A stretch of 62,556 nt of DNA, counting the filler, from Globobulimina sp. (Eukaryota), in assembly GCA_003354225.1 (NCBI GenBank). It is 41 parts of 41 records of this genome, joined end to end, with 100 filler letters (N's around TTAATTAATTAA, not from the genome) between each part and the next. Parts side by side here need not be neighbours in the genome. Positions count along the whole stretch, not along the records: positions 1 to 1,430 come from PIVH01016811.1; positions 1,531 to 2,960 come from PIVH01016812.1; positions 3,061 to 4,490 come from PIVH01016813.1; positions 4,591 to 6,020 come from PIVH01016814.1; positions 6,121 to 7,549 come from PIVH01016815.1; positions 7,650 to 9,078 come from PIVH01016816.1; positions 9,179 to 10,607 come from PIVH01016817.1; positions 10,708 to 12,136 come from PIVH01016818.1; 33 more parts are not named here. The stretch is one strand, 5' to 3'. Position 1 is the first letter of the stretch. Every line of letters begins with the position of its first letter. The notes beneath the pieces are model-generated. The model ran no database searches and had not been told where the DNA came from. It saw only the letters and a program-made list of their open reading frames with translations. Position numbers and translations under genes: made by a program. Below are positions 1 through 11,410 of this stretch, in pieces.

Positions 1-1430
1 GAATACGTTCCCATCAATTGACACAGCGGATTATTTGGCTCAGCTTCTTTACAAATACTTGGCCTTTCATTTGCAAAATTTGCATTAAAAAAGGCCAATC
101 CATAATCATCAAAATTTGTAAATTCATTGCAATTCACATTATCACGGCCTAACTCATCAAACAAGCCGCCTGCTTTCCACATATGGCACACAAACGTACA
201 ACACACCATCGACAGGCCTTCCACATAGGAACCGTCATTTTTCTGCATATGATATCTCCAGTCATCTTCCTCCACAATGCCCGCCAAATCAATACTGGCA
301 ATCCCCTCCAAATCCGCTTTATAATATATCTCTGCCAAACTATAATTGCTTACATTTAACCTCTTATTGAATGCCGGGTTTATCATCTTATCAAAGGCAG
401 GAATCCAGCGCTCAAATAAAGGCAAGCCAAGTTCCAGAACATTCCATGTTAAGCACATCTTATAATCTGGCGGCAAACACGGATAATTATCATTTGGTGT
501 ATCAATCCATGAGGTCAGCATTGTTTGATACCCATAATTTAAACCTGTACATGTGCCCATCGTCATATACTACACTCTGAAATCTATGAAAAAGACATGT
601 TATACCTTCAACAGTACGGAAAAATTCCAGAGCTGCAGTAACATTAAATCTTGCTCTTAATTCGTCACTCAATGGTTCCCAAACCACCTCATAACCAGCA
701 AGATGAGCATAGTTCAGCCATTCAGCAAACTCAGTCCGTTGAATGCCGTTTGTAGGCCAATATGAACTGTTACCGGTCGACTCTGCAATGTATAAAGTAC
801 CATCTGCTGGATCGCGAATAGCAACGGTGGTATGTCCCGTATGTGCACCCATTGCCCATGCTATATATACATAATACATGCAATATATAATTTATATATC
901 AATATTATAATAATTATATGCAAGCACAGTACCGAGGACAGGGTCAAGTCCATCTAATCTGATAACACCCAGGAAATCTCCAGAATGGATCAACGATGCA
1001 TTAATATTCTGCCATACGTTATGCTGCGCATCTCTTGGCGCCATGGTAATATTCGCATACTCCTTCAAAAATAATACATTCTTCTTAGCACATTCAGGCA
1101 ACACAGCCCTCGTTTCTAAGCATTCGAACAATGTCGCAGTCTCCAGAGCGTCCGCTATCATTTGTGCTAAATCGCCCAACATTGTGAATGCGCGAATGCC
1201 TTTGTTTTCTAAATCGAACTGTTCTGCTACGGATAAATTGTTATAGTTTAGCGGGAAGGATATTGTATGTAATCCGGGCTCGATGAATTCTGTGATGGTT
1301 AATCGAGAGATGGTACCCCATACTAACACACATCGACACGTTGCTGAGGCTTTATTTAATAGTTCTAAATGGATTGTAATGGCAGCGCCATTTGGATCAT
1401 ATTGTGTATAAAATGAACCGCGCCTGAAAC
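1..1430 (-). CDS. Conserved uncharacterised protein, probable permuted papain-like (NlpC/P60-type) fold; partial, spliced
   Basis: GT-AG introns 861..932 and 545..605 join IHSGDFLGVIRLDGLDP, WAMGAHTGHTTVA and SMVCCTFVCHMWKAGGLF; His-before-Cys order; fold call is inference. Confidence 0.6.
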
Positions 1431-1530
1431 NNNNNNNNNNNNNNNNNNNNNNNNNNNNNNNNNNNNNNNNNNNNTTAATTAATTAANNNNNNNNNNNNNN
1501 NNNNNNNNNNNNNNNNNNNNNNNNNNNNNN
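1431..1530. other. Artificial contig linker (N44-TTAATTAATTAA-N44); first of 40 identical linkers spaced about 1530 nt apart
   Basis: Identical 100-nt N-padded linker recurs through 61030..61129; contig lengths fall monotonically from 1430 to 1427. Confidence 0.99.
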
Positions 1531-1532
1531 GA

Positions 1533-1817
1533 GGCTCAAAAGAATATATTGAAGCGAAATTTAATGTTTTATTAAAAAAATATCGAAGTGCAAATATATT
1601 AACACGAATTAATCATATTACATCAATCGATTTTCATTTGGTGCTCAAGAATTATATTATTGAATATCGCGGCAAGACTGAATTTCGTCAACATCGTAAA
1701 AAAACATCACAATTTACATTGACATCAATTGGTGATAATGAGTTGGTGATGATTATCAATGAAGTGGCCAAACAACCATTTAGTGAATTGCAAAGATTAA
1801 TTGATTTGGATTTCTGA
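1533..1817 (+). CDS. C-terminal fragment resembling DUF3627/BRO-C-like domains of large DNA viruses
   Basis: Open frame from contig edge: GSKEYIEAKFNVLLKKY...FTLTSIGDNELVMIINEV...DF*; family recognised from motif spacing only. Confidence 0.4.
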   Translation, partial: GSKEYIEAKFNVLLKKYRSANILTRINHITSIDFHLVLKNYIIEYRGKTEFRQHRKKTSQFTLTSIGDNELVMIINEVAKQPFSELQRLIDLDF

Positions 1818-1910
1818 TTGTTTTAATTTTTGATTGTTTTAATTTTTCTTTTTTTAACTTTTTTATTTAATTTAACTATTGACCGTGACAGGTATGGGTA
1901 TTTGGTATAA

Positions 1911-2074
1911 TTTTGGTGATGGGTGTGACCATCACTTGTGAAATCTTTGGTGATGGGTGGGACCATCACTTGTGAAATCTTTGGTGTGCGGTATAACCAT
2001 CACTTGTGAAATCTTTGGTGTGCGGTGTAACCATCACTTGTGAAATCTTTGGTGTGCGGTGCAACCATCACTTG
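1911..2074. repeat. 34-bp tandem repeat, about 4.8 copies (ACCATCACTTGTGAAATCTTTGGTG plus 9 semi-variable nt)
   Basis: Units start at 1928, 1962, 1996, 2030 and 2064. Confidence 0.95.
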
Positions 2075-2296
2075 GTATAAAAGTATAACCGAAACATTGG
2101 TTTATGTAAAAATTATATGGAACTAGGGATTTATGTAAAAAGTATATGGAACTATAGGTATAAGGTACTATGGAACTATATAGTATATCAGAAAATAGTA
2201 ATAGTATATCAGAAAACACCGTGATATCAACAACAATAAGGTACTACGGAACTATGCAAAAATAAAAAAAAAGTATAGTATATAGGAAAAAGTATA

Positions 2297-2611
2297 ATGG
2301 CATCAACTTATATTTGTAGAGGTTGTGGATCAACAGTGGGTAAAACTAACAGTAAGCATAAGAGGACAAAAAAACATATAAGGAAATCTATATTTGTTTA
2401 TGAAAACGAAATATATAATAGAGGTCGGACATACGATTTGGTAATTGGAAAGTATAATCCTTTTGAGATATTTGAGGAATACGAGCATCTACGACATATT
2501 ATTATTGATGTGTTGGATATAGAATTTGATGCTTCGGATACGGACACTGATGCTTCGGATACGGACACTGATGCTTCGGATACGGACACGGACTCTGACT
2601 CGGACATATAA
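2297..2611 (+). CDS. Small CxxC...HxRTKxH zinc-finger protein with acidic DASDTDT repeats (virus-like)
   Basis: CRGC-x10-HKRTKKH; intronless; 21-bp repeat x3 at 2528..2590. Confidence 0.7.
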   Translation: MASTYICRGCGSTVGKTNSKHKRTKKHIRKSIFVYENEIYNRGRTYDLVIGKYNPFEIFEEYEHLRHIIIDVLDIEFDASDTDTDASDTDTDASDTDTDSDSDI

Positions 2612-2643
2612 TATAAAGTATAATATATATATAATTATTTTTT

Positions 2644-2898
2644 ATGTCAGCAAAAATTTTTCCCATTTGGATCTGTCACAAATGTAACAAGACAGTACTG
2701 ACCTCAAACACTAATCATATAAGGACCAAATCGCATCTTAGGAATTCTATTACTATTCAAGATGAATTAATATTTAATTTGGATAAGACTGGATATGTTG
2801 TGATCGGAACATTTAAACCTTTTGAGGTCGGTAAGGATTATGACCATATTAATCATTATATTTTGGGATTGGTAATGAGTCTGTTGCCGAGTCGGTAA
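2644..2898 (+). CDS. Tandem paralog of the preceding zinc-finger protein
   Basis: CHKC-x10-HIRTKSH; shares IG..PFE....Y.H with ORF 2297..2611. Confidence 0.7.
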   Translation: MSAKIFPIWICHKCNKTVLTSNTNHIRTKSHLRNSITIQDELIFNLDKTGYVVIGTFKPFEVGKDYDHINHYILGLVMSLLPSR

Positions 2899-3060
2899 GA
2901 TAAATTCGCATCTCTTTTTTTTATCTGGCTTAATTGGGTAAGATAAATTCGCATATTTGGNNNNNNNNNNNNNNNNNNNNNNNNNNNNNNNNNNNNNNNN
3001 NNNNTTAATTAATTAANNNNNNNNNNNNNNNNNNNNNNNNNNNNNNNNNNNNNNNNNNNN

Positions 3061-4490
3061 TTTATTCCAACATTTCTATATCTCATATATTGTAATTTAT
3101 CATAACCAAATGATCGCAATGATATCATCGAGCCGCATAATGACGATGCCAATATTACACCATGTACTAATTGGGTCACCTCATTCATTTTAGTGGTATC
3201 ACTGACCCATCCAACAATAAATCCAGCCACAACAATCATAATCACATCTGACAATATCGTCATTCTTTGGCGCACGTTGATTAAAATACCTCTTCGCATT
3301 GTCATTATTGACTGTTTAAACCAGGATGCTGTTTTTCGTGATTTATAATCGCCATTACTAGCAATGTAACAATTCTCTGCCATTTCGTATTTGATCCGGT
3401 TTGTTTCCCATATTTCAGGCAATAATGTAGACGAATTTTTTGTATTATTTTCATCACATTCGCCTTGAATTACATCTAATATAAAATCAGCAGGATTCAT
3501 ATTTGCTAACTTATCATATCCCAAATCAGTAAAATATGGAATTACGTCTTCTCTTTTACCAATAAATACATTCTTACCACCTCGCGATAATAATATTAAA
3601 TTATCAAAATCTTTAAATATACAAAAACGTGGCTGATGAATTACAACTAAAATAGTAACGCCTTGTTCAGCAATCTTCTTTAAACACGACATCACTTTAC
3701 ACGCTGTGGTCGAATCCAACCCTGATCTGGATATATTAAATGCGTTTTAATTCAACGTACAACAAAAGTTTGTGTGTATATATATTAACGTCGGTTCATC
3801 AAGAAACAAAATCGATGGTTGCGCCACCAGTTCCATCCCAATGTTAACTCTCTTTTTTTGTCCACCTGAAATACCTCTTTTTTTTTCATCTCCAATCTTC
3901 GAATCTCGGATATCATAAATGTCCAATAATTCTAACACATCTTTCACCACACATTTTTTATATAAATTTTCCTGCTCTCTCGACAACCGTAAGTCCGCCT
4001 AAAAATGCGCTAAAATGAAAATGTAAACACAACCACAACAAAAACTTAACTTGGAATTCCAACACCTCTCTGGGTGTTAGCCAGGGAGACATGATATCGT
4101 TTTGCGGAACATATCCAACAACGTCAGCAAAATCATTCAATACTCTCGATTCTCCGTTGATTTTGATCTCGCCAGATATTTTTGCAAAGGGTGCCTGATT
4201 TCTCAATGCGGATAAAAAGGAACTCTTACCACTGCCGCTTGGGCCCATTACTGCGGTGATTGTGGCTGATGGCAATCTTCCCGAGACATTATTGACAATA
4301 ACTTTATTATTTGATTTTAGTTTCATGGTTAAATTGTTAAATTCCACATCCATTGTGAATTTTGCTGCAGATTTCGCATTTAATAAAACTCGCGAAGTTG
4401 TTTTTGATACCGATTGGATTGGTTGCAATTGAATGGATGGGGCACATTCTTCTTCTTCGTCAAAATTAATAATATCAGTTCCATCTGTTT
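3061..4490 (-). CDS. ABCG (white-like) transporter, partial, spliced
   Basis: Walker A GPSGSGKS, signature ISGGQKKR, Walker B LFLDEPT/SGLD, IHQP; introns 3999..4050 and 3727..3789. Confidence 0.95.
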
Positions 4491-4590
4491 NNNNNNNNNN
4501 NNNNNNNNNNNNNNNNNNNNNNNNNNNNNNNNNNTTAATTAATTAANNNNNNNNNNNNNNNNNNNNNNNNNNNNNNNNNNNNNNNNNNNN

Positions 4591-5451
4591 GCAATTCTTG
4601 CGTTGTGATGGAAAATAATGTTAAATTATGAAATGAAAACATTTTTGATGCAGTCAGAGCAATAAACTGTACCTATTCATTTGAAATAAAGTGTTCAAAC
4701 TGATATAAAATGCCCACAGAACCACCATAGTTTGCGCTGTCAAGAATAGCACAAAAAATCTGTGATTATTGGCAGCCACACAATTACCAACCATCGGGCA
4801 ATGATGATCGAATCGGCAGACACAGCGATCGCAATCATAACAATGTTTGCTTCGAATTGGACGGATAAACTTGCAACGCCAACAAAACTGCGATGGCGTG
4901 GCGTCGGGATTGATGATTATATCTTTGTTATATTCTGGTACATACTCAACGATATCATACGGATATTTTGCATCTTCTTCATCCGCCATCGCTAATTTTG
5001 TATTTCTACGGCGTGAATCATTTAAAATGTAATCTGTATTCACATCTAAATATTTATAGTCTTCTTCGTTTACAGTTTGCTTGGAATCATCTGCTTTTTT
5101 TATATCAATGTTGATTGAATTTGAATCAGCGGTTATCGGTAAAATATAGCCCGGATTACGAAAGGAGGTGATAAAATAGGCAGAGATTGCAAGTGATTGA
5201 AGCAAATGGAACATGATGTTATAGGAATATTGTTTCTTATGGATGTGGGATATTAGCATGGAGTCCGAGAAAATATATAATAAGGCAGTCGCTAAGGTAT
5301 TCCATGCGACGTATTGAACTCGCACCCAATACGATTTTAATCGAGCACGCAATATTTGACGGTCAAGGGCGCCGCGTGGTGGATTTTTTAGCGCTGTGTG
5401 TATGTCTTTAATGACTTGGCTGAATAACATGGAGAGGAGGCTGAAACACAT
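4591..5451 (-). CDS. DHHC palmitoyltransferase, 3' partial
   Basis: [36 protein letters not shown] plus TM helices. Confidence 0.95.
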
Positions 5452-5617
5452 TTTTCCATTTATCCTTACACTTTACTTGAATATAAAGTTTTGAGTAAAT
5501 GCCACAGTAAGTAACATTTTGTCGAATATGACATGTACTCGCAATCATAGCTAATATATAAATCGGAATAAATAAATTCTGAAAAAAATCTGAAAACAGA
5601 AATAGTTGTTTATTTAT

Positions 5618-6020
5618 TTACATTCGCACAACCAACAATTTATGGTCACTTAATTTGTTTGATTCGTCTGTAAACAATAATGTCTTGCAATTATTTGGTA
5701 TCCACGACGCAAACACATGGTCAATATTCTCTTTTGTGTCAATAAAAGTTGCGTCAAAACTTGATATTTTGTCCATTTCTAATATTGTCGAAATGTCCAC
5801 ATTCAAATCAATGGTATGTCGAATATGCGAAATATTTGAGATAATGCTCGATGCCATCGACCTTTGTCTAATATAATTTAACTCAATATTTGTATCAGTC
5901 ACTCTTTCACCAATTTTATTTTTATTTGTATGGAAAGAAAATAAGTTATTACCAGTTTTCTTAGTCGATCTAAATTGTTTCATATCCATATTAAAATCAC
6001 CACAAACAATAATTTTATCC
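5618..6020 (-). CDS. Endonuclease/exonuclease/phosphatase (EEP, APE-like) domain, C-terminal part
   Basis: IIVCGDFN at contig edge, IDHVF, LSDH then stop. Confidence 0.85.
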
Positions 6021-6120
6021 NNNNNNNNNNNNNNNNNNNNNNNNNNNNNNNNNNNNNNNNNNNNTTAATTAATTAANNNNNNNNNNNNNNNNNNNNNNNN
6101 NNNNNNNNNNNNNNNNNNNN

Positions 6121-7426
6121 GGTCGAACGTGAGGAGGCAGCGCTGGTTGTAGCGGTTGTGGGCCTTTTCGGCGATATTTGCTGGCAATGGCGGGTGAACG
6201 CGACGGTTTGGGCTCAGGGTGGTAGAATATCGTATTGATGCTGGTCATTGTGGAGTGGTTTGATAATACTTTTTTCTTTGACGGTGTTGCTGGGATTCGA
6301 GTACTAGTGGCGATCGGGTTGAATGAGATGGTTTCTTCTTCTTTGATGTTGTTAGTGGTCTCGTTGGTGTTTGGTGATATTATGGAGAATGGCGAGAAGG
6401 ACATTGGTGTGTTTGGAGAACGCGAGGATATGCTCGAATATTTGTGCGCGGCTAACTCGTCCATTCGCAGTGTTAAGTGTTGTATCTGTTTGCTTGTTTT
6501 GTTTGTTTTCTTGCACGAATATAATAAACAACATAGAAAACAGCACATTATAATGATTAATACGGCAATGATTTGGTATAACACATTGTTTTCGAAATCG
6601 ACAAACACACTCTTTAGTGTTGTTGCACTGACCGCTGTGTATACAATTTGCTATTTGCTACCGGTTGCTTTATAGGCGGATATATAAAAAACTAAACTTG
6701 GCTCAGTTGGCGCAGTATAATGTGTATCTGTTGCAGTCGACTCATATGCTATGACTGTTGCATTCGTGTCTGTATTCACAATGAGCAACATACATAAATA
6801 AATAATTAAAGCACAATAAGCACAAAAAACAGACCTGAATTCAATAATCGTCGACTCGATTCTGGTGGTTGTTGGTTACAAATATGCTGTTTATCAATGC
6901 ATGACAATGAACCACTGAAATGATGGAAATCGCAGGATTGAGAATAAGATTCTGTACAATACATTGTGCCTAAAAAAGGAGAATCATGAACAATTTTAGT
7001 ATGAGAAATTATTTGAATATCATTGAAACCATTGGTTGAATATAATTTTAAGGGATTTAATGGAATATAATCATCCGCAATGTCATTGGAATTAGATTCT
7101 GAGTAAATATATGCGGTTGGTTTACCATTTACAGATGGCGGAACAATTATGGATAAACCAGACATAAATAATTTATTGGTGTATAAAGTGAATGATGAAG
7201 AATACTGTGCATCGATTGAGGTATCGTGACATAATTCTGGTTGAGCACATGCGATGGTACAGCTGTGGCCGACAGGACAATTAATTTGTAAACCTGCACA
7301 CGAATTGGCAGCGTCACAATCAACAGAACAATCTTCACCTACTTTACAATATATGTCTTCTTCACGCTTTATCGCTAAAACTTGCATGAATGACATTATA
7401 CAAATAACGATGATACAGAGCGACAT
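6121..7426 (-). CDS. Type I membrane protein with signal peptide and Cys-rich ectodomain, spliced, 3' partial
   Basis: Hydrophobic N-terminus; Cys-rich CPVGHSCTIAC region; intron 6770..6834 and probable 63-nt second intron; TM helix IIAVLIIIMCCFLCCLLY; Ser/Pro-rich tail. Confidence 0.7.
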
Positions 7427-7649
7427 GATGTTTTCGGTACATTCCCCTATGTAGCGGATGATGAACGAAGAAAAATATTCTTCTTTTCCTCACCAATATA
7501 CTCCGCGAAAGTACGATTTTTTGTTCATAGTGATTCCAATATTAAATATNNNNNNNNNNNNNNNNNNNNNNNNNNNNNNNNNNNNNNNNNNNNTTAATTA
7601 ATTAANNNNNNNNNNNNNNNNNNNNNNNNNNNNNNNNNNNNNNNNNNNN

Positions 7650-9078
7650 ACAATGCAACGCAAATGGATGTATTTAGAGACGATATTCTCCGGCGGTGAC
7701 ATTGCCAAACAGTTGCCATCAGAGACAAAATTATTTTTAAAAATTGATAAATATTGGAAAGATACAATGATGCGAACCTATGACAATCCGCATGCTATAA
7801 CTTGTGGCACATTTGCTGGACGCAAGGAAACCATGTTGACCCACAATAACTCATTAGATCGCATTGAGAAATCGTTGGAAGAATATTTGGAAACCAAACG
7901 GCAAATATTCCCCCGATTTTATTTCCTATCCAATGACGAATTGTTGGAAATATTGGCAGACTCAAAGAATCCACACAAAGTGCAACCACATCTAAGGAAG
8001 TGCTTTGATAACATTTATAAATTGGAGCTATTAAACGACAAATCTGTCACTATAAAATCGATGACTTCTGGCGAAGGGGAACGGGTGGCATTGGGTAAGA
8101 ATTTAAAGTGTGGTCGGAAACCGGTGGAAGAATGGTTGGGTGCCTTGGAAGTTGACATGAAGAAAACACTGAAAAAGTTGATAAAAAATGGTGTGGTCGA
8201 ATACGAGCAGGAAGACCGAACCGAGTGGATTATGAACCACAAGGCACAAATTGTAATGAGTGTGTCGCAGATAATGTGGTGTAAAGGTACGGAGGAAGCC
8301 ATTCATGGCAACACATTAAAACAATGGCTGCATATAAATGTGAAACAGATTGATAAGTTGATAGTTTTTGTGCGTGGTTCGTTAAAGAAGACTGATCGAA
8401 AGAAAATTGTAGCTCTGGTGACCACTGATGTGCATTCTCGAGATGTGATCAATAAATTAATGCAAGATCGGTGTGAATCCGTCATGGACTTTAATTGGCA
8501 GAAACAGTTGCGATTTTATTGGGATTTTGATGCGGATGAATGTATTGTAAAGCAGATATCTGCCGTTTTAAATTATGGTTATGAATACATGGGCATCTCC
8601 TCGCGATTAGTCATCACACCGTTGACGGATCGATGTTGGATAACTGTGACCGGAGCATTGCATATTAAGTTAGGTGCCAGTCCCGCAGGTCCTGCTGGTA
8701 CCGGAAAAACTGAGTCAGTCAAAGATTTAGCAAAAGGTCTGGGTATTCAGTGTGTGGTCTTCAATTGTTCGGATCAGATTGATTACAAAATGATGGGTAA
8801 ATTATTTAGCGGCTTGGCACAAACCGGTTCTTGGACCTGTTTGGATGAGTTCAATCGGATACAAATTGAGGTATTATCCGTGGTGGCACAGCAATTGTTA
8901 TGTATACGACAGGCATTATTAGCTGGATTGACGAAATTTAATTTCTGCGGTAATATGATATCACTGTCGAAGTGTTTTGGTGTGAACATCACAATGAACC
9001 CGGGCGATGCGGGCAGGACCCCATTACCCGATAACTTAAAAGTATTATTCCGCCCCGTCGCGATGATGACTCCTGACT
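7650..9078 (+). CDS. Dynein heavy chain (axonemal-like), linker plus AAA1 region, partial
   Basis: QRKWMYLETIF, FPRFYFLSNDELL, YGYEY, P-loop GPAGTGKTE, CLDEFNRI, LPDNLKVLFRP. Confidence 0.97.
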
Positions 9079-9178
9079 NNNNNNNNNNNNNNNNNNNNNN
9101 NNNNNNNNNNNNNNNNNNNNNNTTAATTAATTAANNNNNNNNNNNNNNNNNNNNNNNNNNNNNNNNNNNNNNNNNNNN

Positions 9179-9364
9179 AAGGAAGCAATAATGAGAATAA
9201 TTGGAAAGTGTTGAAAAAACATGAAAATGATAGAAATTTAAAGAAAAGATTCGCAACGCATACGTGGACAATTGATACTGATGAATATTTTCAAATGTTT
9301 AGGATATATATGGTTTATGTTGTTCTGGATTTGAAATATATGGACATTTACTTGCTATTAAATA
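9179..9364 (+). pseudogene. Frameshifted fragment of a HECTD1-like discoidin/FA58C-type C-terminal domain
   Basis: GSNNENNWKVLKKHEND...FATHTW...FRIY, then frame change to LCCSGFEIYGHLL*. Confidence 0.55.
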
Positions 9365-9839
9365 ATCGTTAAATATATGACATTATCCTTGCACATTCTT
9401 ATGTTTTTGTACAGTATTTATAAATGAAAACTACTTACAAATGGCGCGTGCGTATAATAGTATTGGTGGAATATTTTTAATACACGATTATTAAATGATT
9501 TTGCGATTGAAAATTGATAACAGAAATATTTAGATTTTGATAATAAATTATATTCCATATATATTCGCCAGCAAAATAACCCAAAACCTCTGTTTAGTGA
9601 GTTGTTGATGCGAATGAGGCGGCCACCCAAACAAATTACAATTAACTGCACAGCAAATAAATTAAATATCCAAATATGTGCTGCAAAGAATATATCAATA
9701 AATAATATATAATAATTTAAATATATCCAATTCCTCGCAATTCCCGTATTGATATGGTAAGAATGTAATAATTGCTATATAATTACTTTCATTATTTTTT
9801 GCTTTGCCATTCCATTCCATGTGTTTTGTAATGTATTCT

Positions 9840-9871
9840 GTTCTGTGAAAACCTTTCAAGAGTAAGTATAA
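9840..9871 (+). repeat. 32-bp sequence identical to 62126..62157; contains GTAAGT splice donor after 22 nt
   Basis: GTTCTGTGAAAACCTTTCAAGAGTAAGTATAA in both contigs with unrelated flanks. Confidence 0.95.
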
Positions 9872-9948
9872 TTCACTGTTACACACATAAATTTGTGGGC
9901 AATGCATAGATTTGAGGACTGATGGATTCTTTTCGTTGTTTGTTTGTG

Positions 9949-10024
9949 TGCCGTCGCAGGATTTGAACCTGAATCTTCTGGATCCATCCATCCCGATCCA
10001 GGGCTCTTCTTGAGCTAAGCGATA
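9949..10024 (-). ncRNA. tRNA-like element (pseudo-tRNA or SINE head)
   Basis: A box TAGCTCAAG, D stem GCTC/GAGC, stem CTGGATC/GATCCAG, B box GGTTCAAATCC; acceptor stem does not pair properly. Confidence 0.7.
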
Positions 10025-10507
10025 ATAATATGGTGTTCCTTTTCTTCTGGGCATTGTGTGACCTTTTCGAACTGAACGGATGCATTAGGAAGCTGTTCGA
10101 AAAGTTTTTGAAAAATTCAGTACATATCGGAGAGCCCTAATTTGTAAAAGAAACAAAAAGATTTAATTGCCGATACCAAGTAAACCTAATGAATTTATCT
10201 CCGATCACTTCGGATTAAGGGAACTTTGTAGTAGTTTCAAATATTTTTATTTACCTTTGTTCATTGGTTTCACCCCCAAATAAAAGGGCCTGTATCCTTG
10301 TTTGTTTATACTATTTATTGTTTCTTGCTAGTGTATTATGTGAAATCTTTAATTGATTTCTTAGTGTTTTGAAAAAAAAAAAGAATAATCAATCCATCTT
10401 TTGAGTTAGAGTGGTTTTCAACGTAAACTATAGAAGTATTAGAAACATATTGAGCGGCCTGGAAATTATTCATTTAAATCGATGCTAATCTTTAAATTAA
10501 ACATCAC

Positions 10508-10607
10508 AAAAAAAAAAAAAAAAATAATTAAAAATAAAACAGCAAAAAAAAAAAAAAAAGGAAATAAAAAAAAAAAAAAAAGAAGAAAAAAAAAAAAAAA
10601 CAGAAAA
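10508..10607. repeat. Poly(A)-rich low-complexity tract at contig end
   Basis: Nearly pure A runs. Confidence 0.9.
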
Positions 10608-10707
10608 NNNNNNNNNNNNNNNNNNNNNNNNNNNNNNNNNNNNNNNNNNNNTTAATTAATTAANNNNNNNNNNNNNNNNNNNNNNNNNNNNNNNNNNNNN
10701 NNNNNNN

Positions 10708-11176
10708 TTGATTGGTGATGGTGATGGTGATGGCGATGGCGTTGATGGTTTGAATTGTTTTGTTTTTGATTGGGATTTCTTTTGAATAATAATTGTTTCA
10801 TGTTTGTCTTGGAACTGTTTGTTTTTTTGAGGAGTGTATTCTTGTTGAGCTTTGAGTATTTTTTCATCAACATAAGGATTTATACTTATTGGAGTGCAGA
10901 ATGTCAAGTTACAGTCATAACATATTCTATGATTCATATATTTATATTTTGAACAAGCGGCACAAACTATTCTTCCACATCTTAGATAATAATATGAATT
11001 AAACACTATACATAAAATACAATAGAATGTTTATCATTATGTCAACTTAACTTTCTGCAATGGTGTTTTCCTGATTTAAAATATTTTCCAAGCAATTGCT
11101 GTTTACAAATATTGCAATTACTCACTGAACTGTCTTTTTCCCATTTTAGATCTGATTTTTGCAAAGGAAAAGACAT
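10708..11176 (-). CDS. FYVE zinc-finger protein, spliced, 3' partial
   Basis: WEKD..CNIC...KHHCRK/CGRIVCAAC...RICYDC; intron 10981..11051. Confidence 0.9.
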
Positions 11177-11410
11177 GATCAGCAGAAGTCTGTCATTGTA
11201 TTGTAAGGGGTGAGCACTTGACTGAAAGTAACGAGCGGAAATATTTTTTTAAATGTACAATGAGAGTACGGTCGATCATTAAATAATTAATACCGTACCT
11301 AGTTGAATTATTTAACATACTTTTCCTCACTAAACGCTGTATGTGTTAAATAATTCAACTAAGGACGGTATTTTGAAAGCAAATTACAGGCATTTACAGC
11401 AAATAAGCAA

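Noticed and set aside
1475-1486. Recurrent TTAATTAATTAA palindrome every 1.5 kb
   Set aside because: Artificial six-frame stop linker.
1911-2074. Possible CRISPR array
   Set aside because: The variable part is only about 9 nt and near-identical between units; no unique spacers and no cas genes.
6635-6700. In-frame TAG suggesting stop-codon reassignment
   Set aside because: Removed by a plausible frame-preserving 63-nt GT-AG intron of typical size.
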